A DNA stretch of 64,000 bases from Alphaproteobacteria bacterium (GTDB lineage Bacteria > Pseudomonadota > Alphaproteobacteria > RF32 > CAG-239). Positions 47,721 to 58,178 of the stretch are shown piece after piece. The notes below the pieces were generated by a model, which did no database searches, was not told the origin of the DNA, and was given only the letters and a program-made list of their open reading frames with translations. Position 1 is the first letter of the stretch. The number at the start of each line of letters is the position of its first letter. The position numbers were made by a program, and so were the translations under genes. The DNA lies in contig JAZUMA010000025.1 in assembly GCA_045603405.1 (NCBI GenBank), positions 7,074 through 71,073 on the forward strand. Direction: 5' to 3'.

Positions 47721-48386
47721 TTACTTGTTCTTTCTGTTAAGCAAACCAGCCAGCAAACCGGCAACAGACGGAACAATCAAAAACAGCCATACTTGTGAAA
47801 GCGCTTGTCCGCCGACAAACAGAGCCGGACCAAAACTACGCGCCGGATTAACCGATACACCGGTAATTTGTAAACCGACAATATGGATGACGACTAAAGT
47901 TAAACCGATAATTAAACCGGCAACTTCTATCGGTTTTTCTGTGGCTTTCAAAATAACTTGTACAAAGATATAAGTTGCAACAAACTCAAACAGTATAGCA
48001 GCAAGCATACTATAACTCATCCCATAGCCTGCTCCCCATCCGTTTGCGCCCAAACCTTCAACGGTAACATCATATCCACGCAACCGTTCTGAAGCAATCC
48101 ATAACAATACAGCTGCTCCTAAAGTTGCGCCGATAAACTGTGCAATAATATAGCAGATAGCATCTTTTGCACTCATCCGACCGGCACTCCACACCCCGAG
48201 TGTTACTGCCGGATTAACATGTGCACCTGAAACAGGACCGATTGCATAAGCCATAGCAACCACAGCTAAACCGAACGCAAATGCAATTCCCAAATGCCCG
48301 ACAGTTACACCGGAAAAGACAACCGCTCCGCAACCGATAAATACCAATACAAATGTACCAAACAATTCAGCAATATATTTTTTCAT
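47721..48386 (-). CDS. aqpZ: aquaporin Z
   Basis: Two NPA boxes (GAHVNPAVT, GVSVNPARS). Start at the ATG at 48386 (MKKYIAELFGTF) with a perfect AGGAGG 5 nt upstream. The track ORF extends 17 codons further. Confidence 0.93.
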   Translation of the reverse strand: MKKYIAELFGTFVLVFIGCGAVVFSGVTVGHLGIAFAFGLAVVAMAYAIGPVSGAHVNPAVTLGVWSAGRMSAKDAICYIIAQFIGATLGAAVLLWIASERLRGYDVTVEGLGANGWGAGYGMSYSMLAAILFEFVATYIFVQVILKATEKPIEVAGLIIGLTLVVIHIVGLQITGVSVNPARSFGPALFVGGQALSQVWLFLIVPSVAGLLAGLLNRKNK

Positions 48387-48596
48387 TATAACCTCCTGAT
48401 ATATTGAAGACAACAAGAGCATAGCAAAAAATTGCAAAATAACAACTATCTTATTTATTTTATAAACAGAGAAAGCTCATTAGTATAAAACGCGTTTTTT
48501 CTCATTTTCTTTATCAAATTCATAAGTTTCAATCATTCCTTCAACTGCCCTAAAACTCTATTCACAGTCCCAAATCATGATCCCCAATCTTTCAAA

Positions 48597-49577
48597 CTAA
48601 ACCATCTTTTTTAATGTTCGCAAAACAGTCACATAAGCCGTAAATGCTGTTAAAATAGTACAAACCATCGGCATCACTAAAATAATCAACCAATTTTCCG
48701 TTGAAAAAGTCACCGAATTGAAAATGCCGGCCTCTATTCCTTTTGCCATATTACCAATCAACATAATCGCCGGCACAACCAAAATTGTCCCGATAATCCC
48801 CGCCATCATTGTCATTTGTGAAATTTGCTTAACATAATTCATTGCGATATACTCATCTGTGGCCCCCATAATATGCAAAATACTTATAATATCTCTATGC
48901 ACATTTAAGCCGGTTTTAACCGCATAAATAATTGCCGCCATCACTGCAGCAGCTACCATTATCAGCACCGTAACAGCCAGCATTTTCAATGAATTAATAA
49001 ATTTAAGTAACCTTGATAACCATAAATTATGATCATTAATTGAAGCTTGTGGCGAAATTTCAGACAGCCGCACCGCTAACTCTTTAAAATCAAAATTTCC
49101 GGCATTATTAATTTTAACATCTAACAGCTTTGGTATCGGCAACAATTCAATATCAACATTATTACCGAGCCATGGTTCAAGCAACGCCCGCAACTCTCCA
49201 TCTGAAAGCACCGTAACCTCTTTAACATTCGGATATCTCTCTAAAAAACTAACCACGCCCAACAAATCCTTACGACTTTCTTCATAATCAGGCATAGGCA
49301 AAACCTGAACGGTAAAATTAGAAACAACTTGCTTTTTAGAATTTTCAAACATTGTATTTATACCCAACACGCCGGCAAGCGTAATTGCAAATAAAAACAC
49401 CGAAACAGCCACAATTACCCTTAAAAATGTCTTGGAGTATCCTTCATCAATCGGTAAAGCGGTTCTTGCATTTGCCGGCGGTTTCTGTTTTACCAGCGCT
49501 TTCATCCTTGCTTTATCAGCTTTAGGCTTCCCTGCAGGTCTCTCTGGCATTTGTATAATTTCGTTTTCCATTGTCAT
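48597..49577 (-). CDS. ftsX: cell-division ABC transporter permease-like protein FtsX
   Basis: 326 aa. Four TM topology with a large periplasmic loop. Starts 8 nt after the ftsE stop. Confidence 0.85.
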   Translation of the reverse strand: MTMENEIIQMPERPAGKPKADKARMKALVKQKPPANARTALPIDEGYSKTFLRVIVAVSVFLFAITLAGVLGINTMFENSKKQVVSNFTVQVLPMPDYEESRKDLLGVVSFLERYPNVKEVTVLSDGELRALLEPWLGNNVDIELLPIPKLLDVKINNAGNFDFKELAVRLSEISPQASINDHNLWLSRLLKFINSLKMLAVTVLIMVAAAVMAAIIYAVKTGLNVHRDIISILHIMGATDEYIAMNYVKQISQMTMMAGIIGTILVVPAIMLIGNMAKGIEAGIFNSVTFSTENWLIILVMPMVCTILTAFTAYVTVLRTLKKMV

Positions 49578-49585
49578 CAGCTCCG

Positions 49586-50269
49586 TTATTTCAAATAAGA
49601 GAGTTTTCCGCCCTCAAGCAGCAAGCGCGGATAATTATAACGTTCCATCAATTCATTAGAGTGTGTTGCAATAACAACTGTTGTTCCCAAACGATTAAGT
49701 TCAGCAAAAAGTTTCATCAATTTAATTGCAATTTCACTATCCACATTACCTGTCGGTTCATCTGCCAAAAGAAGCTCCGGTCTGTTAATAACTGCCCTAG
49801 CAATAGCCGCTCTCTGTTTCTCTCCACCGGAGATATCAGAAGCTCTTGTATACATATTATCAGAAAGTTCCACCCATGCCAAAAGCTCAATCACGCGGTG
49901 GCGTATTTCTTTTTCTTTCATTCCGCGCAATCTTAACGGCAAAGCCACATTATCAAACACGCTCAAATGCTCTAACAATCTGAAATCCTGAAAAACAACA
50001 CCGATTCGCCGCCGCAAAAAGGCCAATGTATCTCTATCAGTCATTGCCACATTATTACCAAATACTTTCAACGTTCCATCTGTTGGTTTTTGTGCCAAAT
50101 AGAGCATTGATAACAGAGATGTTTTCCCTGCACCTGATTTACCGGTCAGAAAATGCATTGAACCTCGGCGAAAAGCAAAATCAATATCTTTCAAAACCGG
50201 AGCGTTATCGCCATAAGAAAGTGCGACATTTGACATCTCAACAATCGGTTCGAATTCTCTTGTTTCCAT
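49586..50269 (-). CDS. ftsE: cell-division ATP-binding protein FtsE
   Basis: 227 aa. Walker A GKSGAGKTS, signature ISGGEKQR, Walker B LLLADEPTG. Confidence 0.92.
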   Translation of the reverse strand: METREFEPIVEMSNVALSYGDNAPVLKDIDFAFRRGSMHFLTGKSGAGKTSLLSMLYLAQKPTDGTLKVFGNNVAMTDRDTLAFLRRRIGVVFQDFRLLEHLSVFDNVALPLRLRGMKEKEIRHRVIELLAWVELSDNMYTRASDISGGEKQRAAIARAVINRPELLLADEPTGNVDSEIAIKLMKLFAELNRLGTTVVIATHSNELMERYNYPRLLLEGGKLSYLK

Positions 50270-50445
50270 CTTATATCCTCAAAATAAATTTAATAATATA
50301 TAATCCTTATTCTAAAAACATTAAAAGAGCCAAACCGCATTATCCCCAAAATTTTCATCCGAAAAATAAAATTTAACCTTTTGTTAAACTTTTCATTGAT
50401 TCTAAAAAAAATCATGATTATACTTCCCACAATTACAATATAAGG

Positions 50446-51348
50446 ATGCCTAAAATGTTAATCAGTTGCCCTAAATGTCATAGTATATATGAAATTCCGG
50501 ATGAACTTGTCGGTAAAACCGGTCAAAATTTTCGTTGTCACGCCTGCTCTAATGTTTGGCACGTTATGAGAGAAGATGCCCTTGGCTACGAAGAAGAAAC
50601 CGAAGATACCCCCCCATATATTGAAGCGATTCCAGTATCAGAACCGCCACATCGGCACTATCCGGCTAATAAAAAAGAATATAAAATACCGGCAGACAGT
50701 AAATCCGGCCGCCATACACGTTCTTCTAAAGAAATAATAGCCGACGAGGCTGATCCGGAATATATTCCGCCTAAACCCAAACAGAAAAAAGAATTAACTT
50801 TAACTTCTGACTACGGCACCTCTTTTACAATCAATGCTTTACCGGAAGAAGAACCGAAAGATGAACATACCCCTCACTTAACAGAAAATTCTGAAGATAT
50901 ACATATTACTAAAGAAGATAGCCTTCTGCCTGAAAAACCTTTCAAAGGTTATCGTAAAACCTATCTTTTGCTCTTTTTACTTTTCATTTGCCTGTTAAGC
51001 ATTTTATTGCGCCGTGAAATCGTCGCTTTTTACCCAAATGCCGAACAATGGTATAATAAGATTTATTTGAGCGGATTAAAAAATCCGGAATATCTCAAAT
51101 TTGAAAATGTTAACATCCGCGAAGAAACAATTGAAAATAAAAAAATATTAAGCATTTATGCACAAATTAATAATCCTTCCCGTTATGCAACCTTTATTCC
51201 ACCTATTACTTTAAGTGGTCAAAAAGAAACATTCAAAGCCGATAAAGATTTTATTGCTGCTCATCAAAAAAGCACCGTCAAAATAAACATACCGGCTCCG
51301 CAAAATAATGAATCTATCCACTTGACTTTAGGGTTTAAGCGCCCCTAA
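50446..51348 (+). CDS. MJ0042-type zinc-ribbon membrane protein
   Basis: 300 aa. N-terminal CPKC...17 residues...CHAC ribbon (ISCPKCHSIYEIPDELVGKTGQNFRCHACSNVWHV), one TM helix, C-terminal beta-rich domain. Divergent from ftsE, as in many alphaproteobacteria. Confidence 0.75.
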   Translation: MPKMLISCPKCHSIYEIPDELVGKTGQNFRCHACSNVWHVMREDALGYEEETEDTPPYIEAIPVSEPPHRHYPANKKEYKIPADSKSGRHTRSSKEIIADEADPEYIPPKPKQKKELTLTSDYGTSFTINALPEEEPKDEHTPHLTENSEDIHITKEDSLLPEKPFKGYRKTYLLLFLLFICLLSILLRREIVAFYPNAEQWYNKIYLSGLKNPEYLKFENVNIREETIENKKILSIYAQINNPSRYATFIPPITLSGQKETFKADKDFIAAHQKSTVKINIPAPQNNESIHLTLGFKRP

Positions 51349-51382
51349 ATATATAACAGTTTATATCAAAAAGGAGATTATA

Positions 51383-51835
51383 ATGTTAAGAGAAAATTTA
51401 CAAAATGCTTTAAAAGAAGCTATGAAAGCAAAAGATATGGCAACAGTTTCAGCCGTTCGATTGATTATTGCCGGTCAAAAAGAAAAAGATGTTATTGCTC
51501 GCGGTGCAGGTAAAGAATGCGCTTCTGATGCAGATTTATTAGCCATGATGCAAACAATGATCAAACAAAGAAATGAATCAGCTAAGATCTATACTGAAGG
51601 AGGTCGTCCGGAATTAGCCGCCAAAGAACAAGCAGAAATAGCTGTTATTGAACGTTTTCTTCCCAAACAATTAAGTGAAGCTGAAACTAAAGCAGCCATT
51701 GAAGCTATTATCCAAAAAATTGGTGCTCAAGGTATGAAAGACATGGGCAAAGTTATGGCAGAATTAAAAAATGCTTATGCCGGACAAATTGATATGGGAA
51801 AAGCCTCTGGCTTATTAAAATCCTTGTTAAGCTAA
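51383..51835 (+). CDS. GatB/YqeY domain protein
   Basis: 150 aa. LKEAMKAKD...RLI..A.KE...YTEGGRPELAAKEQAEIAVIERFLP...MGKVMAELK is the typical YqeY pattern. AAGGAG RBS. Confidence 0.9.
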   Translation: MLRENLQNALKEAMKAKDMATVSAVRLIIAGQKEKDVIARGAGKECASDADLLAMMQTMIKQRNESAKIYTEGGRPELAAKEQAEIAVIERFLPKQLSEAETKAAIEAIIQKIGAQGMKDMGKVMAELKNAYAGQIDMGKASGLLKSLLS

Positions 51836-51852
51836 AAAATACAGGGGTATTC

Positions 51853-53799
51853 ATGGCCACAAAAGATTTACAACGCTTTATAGATGAACTACGGGCACGC
51901 ATTCCTATCGCAGATGTCGTCGGCGCAAAAGTAAAGCTTGTCAAAAAAGGTCGTGAATACCAAGGGTTATGCCCTTTTCATCATGAAAAGACCCCTTCTT
52001 TTACCGTCAATGAAGCCAAAGGATTTTATCATTGCTTCGGTTGTGGTGCCCACGGAGATATTGTCAAATTTGAAATGGAAGCAAATGGCCTCCCGTTTAT
52101 GGATGCTGTTCAAAAATTGGCTCATCAAGCCGGCTTAACTATGCCTCAATTTTCCCGCCAAGACAAAGCCGAACAAGAAGTAAAAAAATCACTATATGAC
52201 ATCATGGAGCAAGCATGTACATTTTTTGAAAGAGAATTACGCATGCCTTCCGGTGCCGAAGGATTTCGTTATTTCAATGAAAAACGAGGCTTATCCAAAG
52301 AAATCATACAAAAATTTCGCTTAGGCTATGCACCAAACAATAACGCTTTAATGACTTATCTCAAATCCGCCGGTGTTGAAGAAAAAGATTTAAAAGATTT
52401 AGGCTTAATCGCTATACCTGAAGATACAACTCGCCGTCCGCATGATTTTTTTCGTAACCGTGTAATGATTCCTATTACCAACAAGCAAGGTAAAGTCATT
52501 GCATTCGGTGGCCGAGTAATGGAAAAAATAGAGCCCAAATATCTCAATTCTCCGGAAACCCCTATTTTCAATAAACGCCGCAACCTCTATAATTTAGATA
52601 AAGCTCGTGAAGTTGCATATAAAGAGAAAAAGTTGATTATTTGTGAAGGTTATATGGATGTCATCGCCTTAGATCGTTATGGTTTTGGCTACGCCGTAGC
52701 ACCACTCGGTACTGCCTTAACCGAAGAACAAATTATAGAAGCGTGGAAGGTATGTGCTGAACCAATTTTATGTCTTGATGGAGATTCGCCCGGTATTAAA
52801 GCCGCAATGCGCACCGTTGACCGTGTATTACCTATATTAAAAGCCGGTTATTCTCTAAAATTTCTTTTCCTTCCTGAAAATATGGATCCTGATGAATATC
52901 TTCAAGCTCACGGTTCCAACAGCTTTGCCTCATTAATGACAAAGACCCAACCTTTAATTGATATTCTTTGGCAAAAATATACCGAAAATGAAGACAGTTC
53001 TACTCCTGAAAAGAAAGCTTTAATTGAACAAACACTTTTAACGGAAGTCAATAAGATTACAGATTTTACTGTACGCAATTACTATGCACGCGAAATTAAA
53101 AACCGTATTTATGTGGCTTATAAACAATCACCCTGGCAAAAAACACCAGAGCCGTCATCTTCTTCTAACCACTCTTCGGAAAAGCCCTCTTCCACGCGGA
53201 TTACAGCAAATAATTTTCAAAATTACCCAACGAAATACAAAAACATCAATAAAAAAGAATTTCCTTCAAATAAAACATCTCCGCGCAATTTAATTAACCA
53301 TTCTATAGAAACTTCGCCCCAAGAACTTCGCCAGAGCCTAAATAGTGAAAAAGATAAAAACATTCGTTTTATTATCGCTTGTGAGCTGATTTATCCGGAA
53401 TTAATTGATGATTATGAAGAAAAAATATTCTTGGATGATATAAAAGATGAAAAATTAAAAGCCTTACAAATAACAATTGCAGACACCTTCCACGATAGCA
53501 GCACACCTTTATCAGGTGATGAATTGGCTGAAAAGATTATTGAAACATCATCTGCAGACGCTTTGAAATCATTATGGGAATGGACCATGATAAAAAATCA
53601 AAATCCGTTCATAAATGATTTAAGAAAAAAAATTAATAACATCCTGCAAGAAATAAAACGGCAGAATATAGAAAATGAAATCAAACAGTTAAGTGCTGAA
53701 CTATGCAAAAATTTTGATGAAAACGTTTACTATCGTTTAGCTGAATTAAAAAAAATCCAACAAGATATGCTACTCCAAGAAGAAGCAACCGCAATCTAA
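51853..53799 (+). CDS. dnaG: DNA primase
   Basis: 648 aa. Zinc finger CPFHHEKTPSFTVNEAKGFYHCFGCGAHGD, RNA-polymerase core (YLNSPETPIFNKRRNLY), TOPRIM (ICEGYMDVIAL...DGDSPG). Confidence 0.95.
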   Translation: MATKDLQRFIDELRARIPIADVVGAKVKLVKKGREYQGLCPFHHEKTPSFTVNEAKGFYHCFGCGAHGDIVKFEMEANGLPFMDAVQKLAHQAGLTMPQFSRQDKAEQEVKKSLYDIMEQACTFFERELRMPSGAEGFRYFNEKRGLSKEIIQKFRLGYAPNNNALMTYLKSAGVEEKDLKDLGLIAIPEDTTRRPHDFFRNRVMIPITNKQGKVIAFGGRVMEKIEPKYLNSPETPIFNKRRNLYNLDKAREVAYKEKKLIICEGYMDVIALDRYGFGYAVAPLGTALTEEQIIEAWKVCAEPILCLDGDSPGIKAAMRTVDRVLPILKAGYSLKFLFLPENMDPDEYLQAHGSNSFASLMTKTQPLIDILWQKYTENEDSSTPEKKALIEQTLLTEVNKITDFTVRNYYAREIKNRIYVAYKQSPWQKTPEPSSSSNHSSEKPSSTRITANNFQNYPTKYKNINKKEFPSNKTSPRNLINHSIETSPQELRQSLNSEKDKNIRFIIACELIYPELIDDYEEKIFLDDIKDEKLKALQITIADTFHDSSTPLSGDELAEKIIETSSADALKSLWEWTMIKNQNPFINDLRKKINNILQEIKRQNIENEIKQLSAELCKNFDENVYYRLAELKKIQQDMLLQEEATAI

Positions 53800-53847
53800 C
53801 TAATTTTACTAGTCAAACACATATCATACAACATTAACAAGTTGAAA

Positions 53848-55848
53848 TTAATCATTGTTTTTATGAAGAAATTTTATTTTATTAGCCAACCATTTAATTT
53901 TAGCCAATGCATGAGCTTCTTTTATATTATCCCGAAGTTTTTCGACCTTGCGGACAGTTGTATCAGCTAAATTCTTAATATATTCAAATGGATTATCAAC
54001 ATCTCTAGAACTTACATTTAGTAAATCTTCAGCACTTTCCCTACTAATACCATCACCAACATCATTTACATTATTGCTCTCGATACTTTGCCCTTGATTA
54101 GTATGAATCTGTCCTGCATGAATAACGGTTTCTTCTTGAATTGCGGTATCTGCCATCTGCTTGATTTGCTCAAAATGTTCATCAATATCATTAGGATTAA
54201 CATCTAAAATATTATTTTTAATATCTTTTTGTTCATCTATAACTTCATTGTAATCGGTTTCATTTATCTTTGATATTTCCTCACCATTTCCATCATTTTC
54301 AACATCCTCAGTCAATACTTTTTCATCTTCAAGGCTCTGTTCACTCACCGAATAAGATGCATACTCATTATTATTTTCTGATTTATAATTCGAAAAGGCA
54401 ATATTATCTGCTCCAAACGATTTTCCTGAAAAATACAAATTTTCACCTTTGCCATAGCCGATACGACAAACACCACCTTCATCAAAAACACTTAAATTCA
54501 GTATGTTAGAAATCGATAATAAATCATCACGCGAATTATCATCCACTTCCAAAACACGATTAGCCAACACCATAAAATCAGGAACCAAATCACTCAATCC
54601 ATCAAACCAATGTTGCAATACCATTTCCTTTAATAAAGCCACACCTTGTACATATTTTTCATCATCGATAAAAGCCCTCACTGCTTGCAAATAAAACCTT
54701 GCAACATATTCCTGATAAGCGAGATTCATATATTCGACAGCATTTTTTTTCACAGCGGCCAAATTAGTACACAGAATTTGCAACAACTCATCTTCTGTAT
54801 CCTTGGCTAAAGGCAATAAACAATTCAAATAACACGTCATCATTGTTGCCTGTCCATAACGCGCTAACATCTTTAACACAAGTATTGCCGAGTTTATTTG
54901 CCCGAGATTAACCAATACTTTAGCAAAGACAACACCCTTACATATTGATGTTTTTTTAGCCAATAATAAACATCGATCCGTTAAAGCAGAAGCTCGTTCA
55001 ACATCTCCATATACAGATTGGATGGCACATTCCTCATAAAAACCTTCTTCTTCCTCAAATGGTGCAATAAAATCAATAATATCCTGATTATACGCTCTTA
55101 ATGCTTTATACTCGATCTCAGACAATTCATTAATATTCTTGCGCAACATCAACCGTGTCCAAAAACGATCTGTCATACCGATATCGTTTCTGTTGAATTG
55201 ATTATTTATAATATCCTGAAAATAAATACAAAAATACTTCTTCTCTGCCTCTGTTAACTCTCTTCTCATATGGATAATTATCAAAACCAATTTTTGCAGA
55301 AATTTTTTATATGCAAAATACAATTCTGAATTATCCAAACGTATATCGTCAATTTGCATACGAATTTGTTCAAGATACAATTTCAATGGCACAGATAACT
55401 CACACAAATCCAATTTTTCAGCAAAAGACCATGGTTGATAGCCGGTAGCAAATATTTCCGCACATAAATCTTGATTAGATATAAGCAATTGTTCCAATAT
55501 TGACTGACTGAATTTAACACCCGCATCGGAATTATCAATGTTTCGCCAAGCATATAAGCGATCATCTGTAACATCCTTTTCCAGACGATAAAGATAATCA
55601 GCCAAAATACCTAATTCAAAAGCCTTAACGACCCCGTTATCACATAAAGCATGCCAAATTTTCTTTCGTGCCTCCGCACTTGCTCCTTCAAGTCCGACGA
55701 CACCTAAGATTCCCCATAATAGAGAAAAGTTTCGTGGTAAAAAGATATCTTGATTTTCCGGCTCATCTAATTTCGCCATTACCTGTTCGACAAGTGTTTT
55801 CTCTCCTGCGAACAACATATCAACCAAATCTTTTTCAGACCAGATCAT
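53848..55848 (-). CDS. hypothetical protein (666-aa orphan between dnaG and rpoD)
   Basis: Long ORF on the opposite strand to both neighbours. The N-terminal ~450 aa are Leu-rich and helical. The C-terminal ~200 aa are acidic and Asn-rich, with a twice-repeated D-x-x-FE-x-IK-x-x-ADT motif (DEHFEQIKQMADTAI / DNPFEYIKNLADTTV). No family recognised. Confidence 0.6.
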   Translation of the reverse strand: MIWSEKDLVDMLFAGEKTLVEQVMAKLDEPENQDIFLPRNFSLLWGILGVVGLEGASAEARKKIWHALCDNGVVKAFELGILADYLYRLEKDVTDDRLYAWRNIDNSDAGVKFSQSILEQLLISNQDLCAEIFATGYQPWSFAEKLDLCELSVPLKLYLEQIRMQIDDIRLDNSELYFAYKKFLQKLVLIIIHMRRELTEAEKKYFCIYFQDIINNQFNRNDIGMTDRFWTRLMLRKNINELSEIEYKALRAYNQDIIDFIAPFEEEEGFYEECAIQSVYGDVERASALTDRCLLLAKKTSICKGVVFAKVLVNLGQINSAILVLKMLARYGQATMMTCYLNCLLPLAKDTEDELLQILCTNLAAVKKNAVEYMNLAYQEYVARFYLQAVRAFIDDEKYVQGVALLKEMVLQHWFDGLSDLVPDFMVLANRVLEVDDNSRDDLLSISNILNLSVFDEGGVCRIGYGKGENLYFSGKSFGADNIAFSNYKSENNNEYASYSVSEQSLEDEKVLTEDVENDGNGEEISKINETDYNEVIDEQKDIKNNILDVNPNDIDEHFEQIKQMADTAIQEETVIHAGQIHTNQGQSIESNNVNDVGDGISRESAEDLLNVSSRDVDNPFEYIKNLADTTVRKVEKLRDNIKEAHALAKIKWLANKIKFLHKNND

Positions 55849-55970
55849 CTCTTTTCTACCCTCTCAAAAACACCTAATGCTAAAACATGATAACAATACT
55901 GTCAAGCATTACTCTCATCTTAACAACAAGCAGCACAATCAAAGTTTATAACATTATTCCAAAAAAGCTC

Positions 55971-55999
55971 TTGACATCAATTTAAGAAATGATTATGTT
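55971..55999 (+). promoter_or_regulatory. candidate sigma70-type promoter for rpoD
   Basis: TTGACA (55971-55976), 17-nt spacer, TATGTT (55994-55999). It would place the TSS near 56006, supporting the ATG at 56053 as the start. Confidence 0.35.
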
Positions 56000-56052
56000 A
56001 ACCTCGTTTGCAAACTTTTATACATAGTATAAACACCAAGACAAGGAACGAC

Positions 56053-58122
56053 ATGTCAGAAGAAAAAGAAGAATATCAAAGCTCTGATGCGCCGCTGTTG
56101 GATTCATTCGGCGGCCCCTTAAAAAAGCTTTTAGCTAAGGGTAAAGAACAGGGCTACATTACTATTGAAGAACTTAATCAGGCACTTCCTTCAGAAAAAG
56201 AAACTTCCGACCAGATAGAAGACATCATGGCGGCAATTTCTGATATGGAAATCAGTATCATTTCCGCTGACGAAACAGACGATTATGAAGATAGTCAGGA
56301 ACAAGTTGAAAATGAAAATGAAGAAATTATTGACTATGACGAAGAAAATAGCGGGAATTTTGACAGTAAAGAACTGATGCGTTCGGACGATCCGGTTAGA
56401 ATGTACTTAAAAGAGATGGGCACGGTTGAACTTCTGTCCCGTGAGGGAGAAATAGCCATTGCTAAACGTATTGAAGCCGGTAAAACCGTTATGATAGGCG
56501 GTCTTTGTGAGAATCCGATGACATTGAAAGCCATATCTAAATGGCGTGATGAGCTGGTTGCCGGCACCATGCAACTAAGAAACATTATTGATCTTGAAAT
56601 GATGTATGGTGTAGACGCTGCAGCTATTGTTTATGATGATGAAAATACAAACGTTGAAGATGATTTAGAAAATGTCACCGAAGATTTAGAAAACAAAAAT
56701 CTTGATGATATTGATGATGAACTTGAAACAGATATTGAATTTGACGGCGCCGTTGATGATGAAGCGGACGAAGACACGGAAAATGAAGAAAACATCGAAA
56801 ATGACGATACAGACTCTTTAGAAGAAGATGATGATGAAGATGGTAGCCATTCCGCAACGTCTATTACAGCGATGGAAACGGCATTATTTGAACCTGTTTT
56901 AGACATTCTTAATAAAATATCCAGCTATTATGATGAGCTAAGCCGCATACAAACCCAACGTATGAAAGCCATTTTAGCCGGTCGCAAAGCACAAACATCT
57001 CTAGAAAAGAAATATTTAAACATCCGTAAAGAATTGATTGAATTAATGAGTTCAATCCACCTTAATTCAATTCGAGTTGAAGAACTTGTCGAACAACTCA
57101 ATGAACTAAACCGCCGCTTAATGGGGGTTGAAGGTAAGTTATTACGTTTAGCAACAACAGCTCGCGTTAAGAGGGAAGATTTCTTAGCCGCTTACCAACA
57201 TTCAGAACTTGATCCGCACTGGCTTGAAAAATTAGCTGAAAAGAAAGACAAACACTGGACAGCCTTTATCAATAACAACAAAGAAGAAATTCTTGAGTTA
57301 AGACAAAGCTTAGCAGAAATGAGTAAAGAGTGCGGTCTGCCGATTTCCGAATACAGAAAAATGGTAGATACAATTAAACGTGGCGAAAGAGAAGCCGAAC
57401 GTGCCAAAAAAGAAATGATTGAAGCAAACTTGCGTTTAGTTATTTCTATTTCCAAAAAATATACCAATCGCGGTATGCAATTCTTAGATCTTATTCAAGA
57501 AGGAAACATCGGTTTAATGAAAGCCGTTGATAAATTTGAATATCGTCGCGGTTATAAATTCTCAACCTATGCTACATGGTGGATTAGACAAGCTATTACA
57601 CGTTCAATTGCAGACCAAGCGCGCACAATCCGTATTCCGGTACATATGATAGAAACAATCAACAAACTTGTCCGTACTTCTCGACAAATGATGATTGAGA
57701 CCGGTCGTGAACCGATACCGGAGGAATTGGCCAAACGTTTATCAATGCCGGTAGATAAAATCCGTAAAGTAATGAAAATTGCTAAAGAACCGGTAAGTCT
57801 TGAAGCGCCTGTCGGTGATGAAGAAGACTCTTCTTTAGGCGATTTTATTGCTGATGAAAATGCTCTACAACCGGTAGATAGCGCTATTCACACCAATTTA
57901 AAAGAAACCTGTACTCGTATCCTTTCTTCATTAACACCAAGAGAAGAACGTGTTCTGCGTATGCGTTTCGGTATTGGTATGAATACAGACCATACATTGG
58001 AAGAAGTCGGACAACAATTCAATGTTACCCGTGAACGTATCAGGCAAATTGAGGCAAAAGCTTTGAGAAAATTAAAACACCCGAGCCGCAGTAAAAAATT
58101 ACGCTCATTCTTAGATCAATAA
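56053..58122 (+). CDS. rpoD: RNA polymerase sigma factor RpoD (sigma70)
   Basis: Start at MSEEKEEYQ (AAGGAA RBS). Region 1.2 [11 protein letters not shown], region 2 [58 protein letters not shown], region 4 [27 protein letters not shown]. Long acidic spacer between regions 1 and 2. Confidence 0.97.
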   Translation: MSEEKEEYQSSDAPLLDSFGGPLKKLLAKGKEQGYITIEELNQALPSEKETSDQIEDIMAAISDMEISIISADETDDYEDSQEQVENENEEIIDYDEENSGNFDSKELMRSDDPVRMYLKEMGTVELLSREGEIAIAKRIEAGKTVMIGGLCENPMTLKAISKWRDELVAGTMQLRNIIDLEMMYGVDAAAIVYDDENTNVEDDLENVTEDLENKNLDDIDDELETDIEFDGAVDDEADEDTENEENIENDDTDSLEEDDDEDGSHSATSITAMETALFEPVLDILNKISSYYDELSRIQTQRMKAILAGRKAQTSLEKKYLNIRKELIELMSSIHLNSIRVEELVEQLNELNRRLMGVEGKLLRLATTARVKREDFLAAYQHSELDPHWLEKLAEKKDKHWTAFINNNKEEILELRQSLAEMSKECGLPISEYRKMVDTIKRGEREAERAKKEMIEANLRLVISISKKYTNRGMQFLDLIQEGNIGLMKAVDKFEYRRGYKFSTYATWWIRQAITRSIADQARTIRIPVHMIETINKLVRTSRQMMIETGREPIPEELAKRLSMPVDKIRKVMKIAKEPVSLEAPVGDEEDSSLGDFIADENALQPVDSAIHTNLKETCTRILSSLTPREERVLRMRFGIGMNTDHTLEEVGQQFNVTRERIRQIEAKALRKLKHPSRSKKLRSFLDQ

Positions 58123-58129
58123 TAAAAAG

Positions 58130-58156
58130 AGAGCAGTTCACCTGCTCTTTTTTTTC
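58130..58156 (+). terminator. rho-independent terminator after rpoD
   Basis: agagcag-ttcac-ctgctct followed by tttttttt. Confidence 0.7.
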
Positions 58157-58178
58157 ATCTCGATAAATTAAAAATACA

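Noticed and set aside
56630-56870. Long acidic Asp/Glu/Asn insertion in RpoD as a novelty
   Set aside because: An acidic non-conserved spacer between regions 1 and 2 is a normal feature of proteobacterial primary sigma factors.
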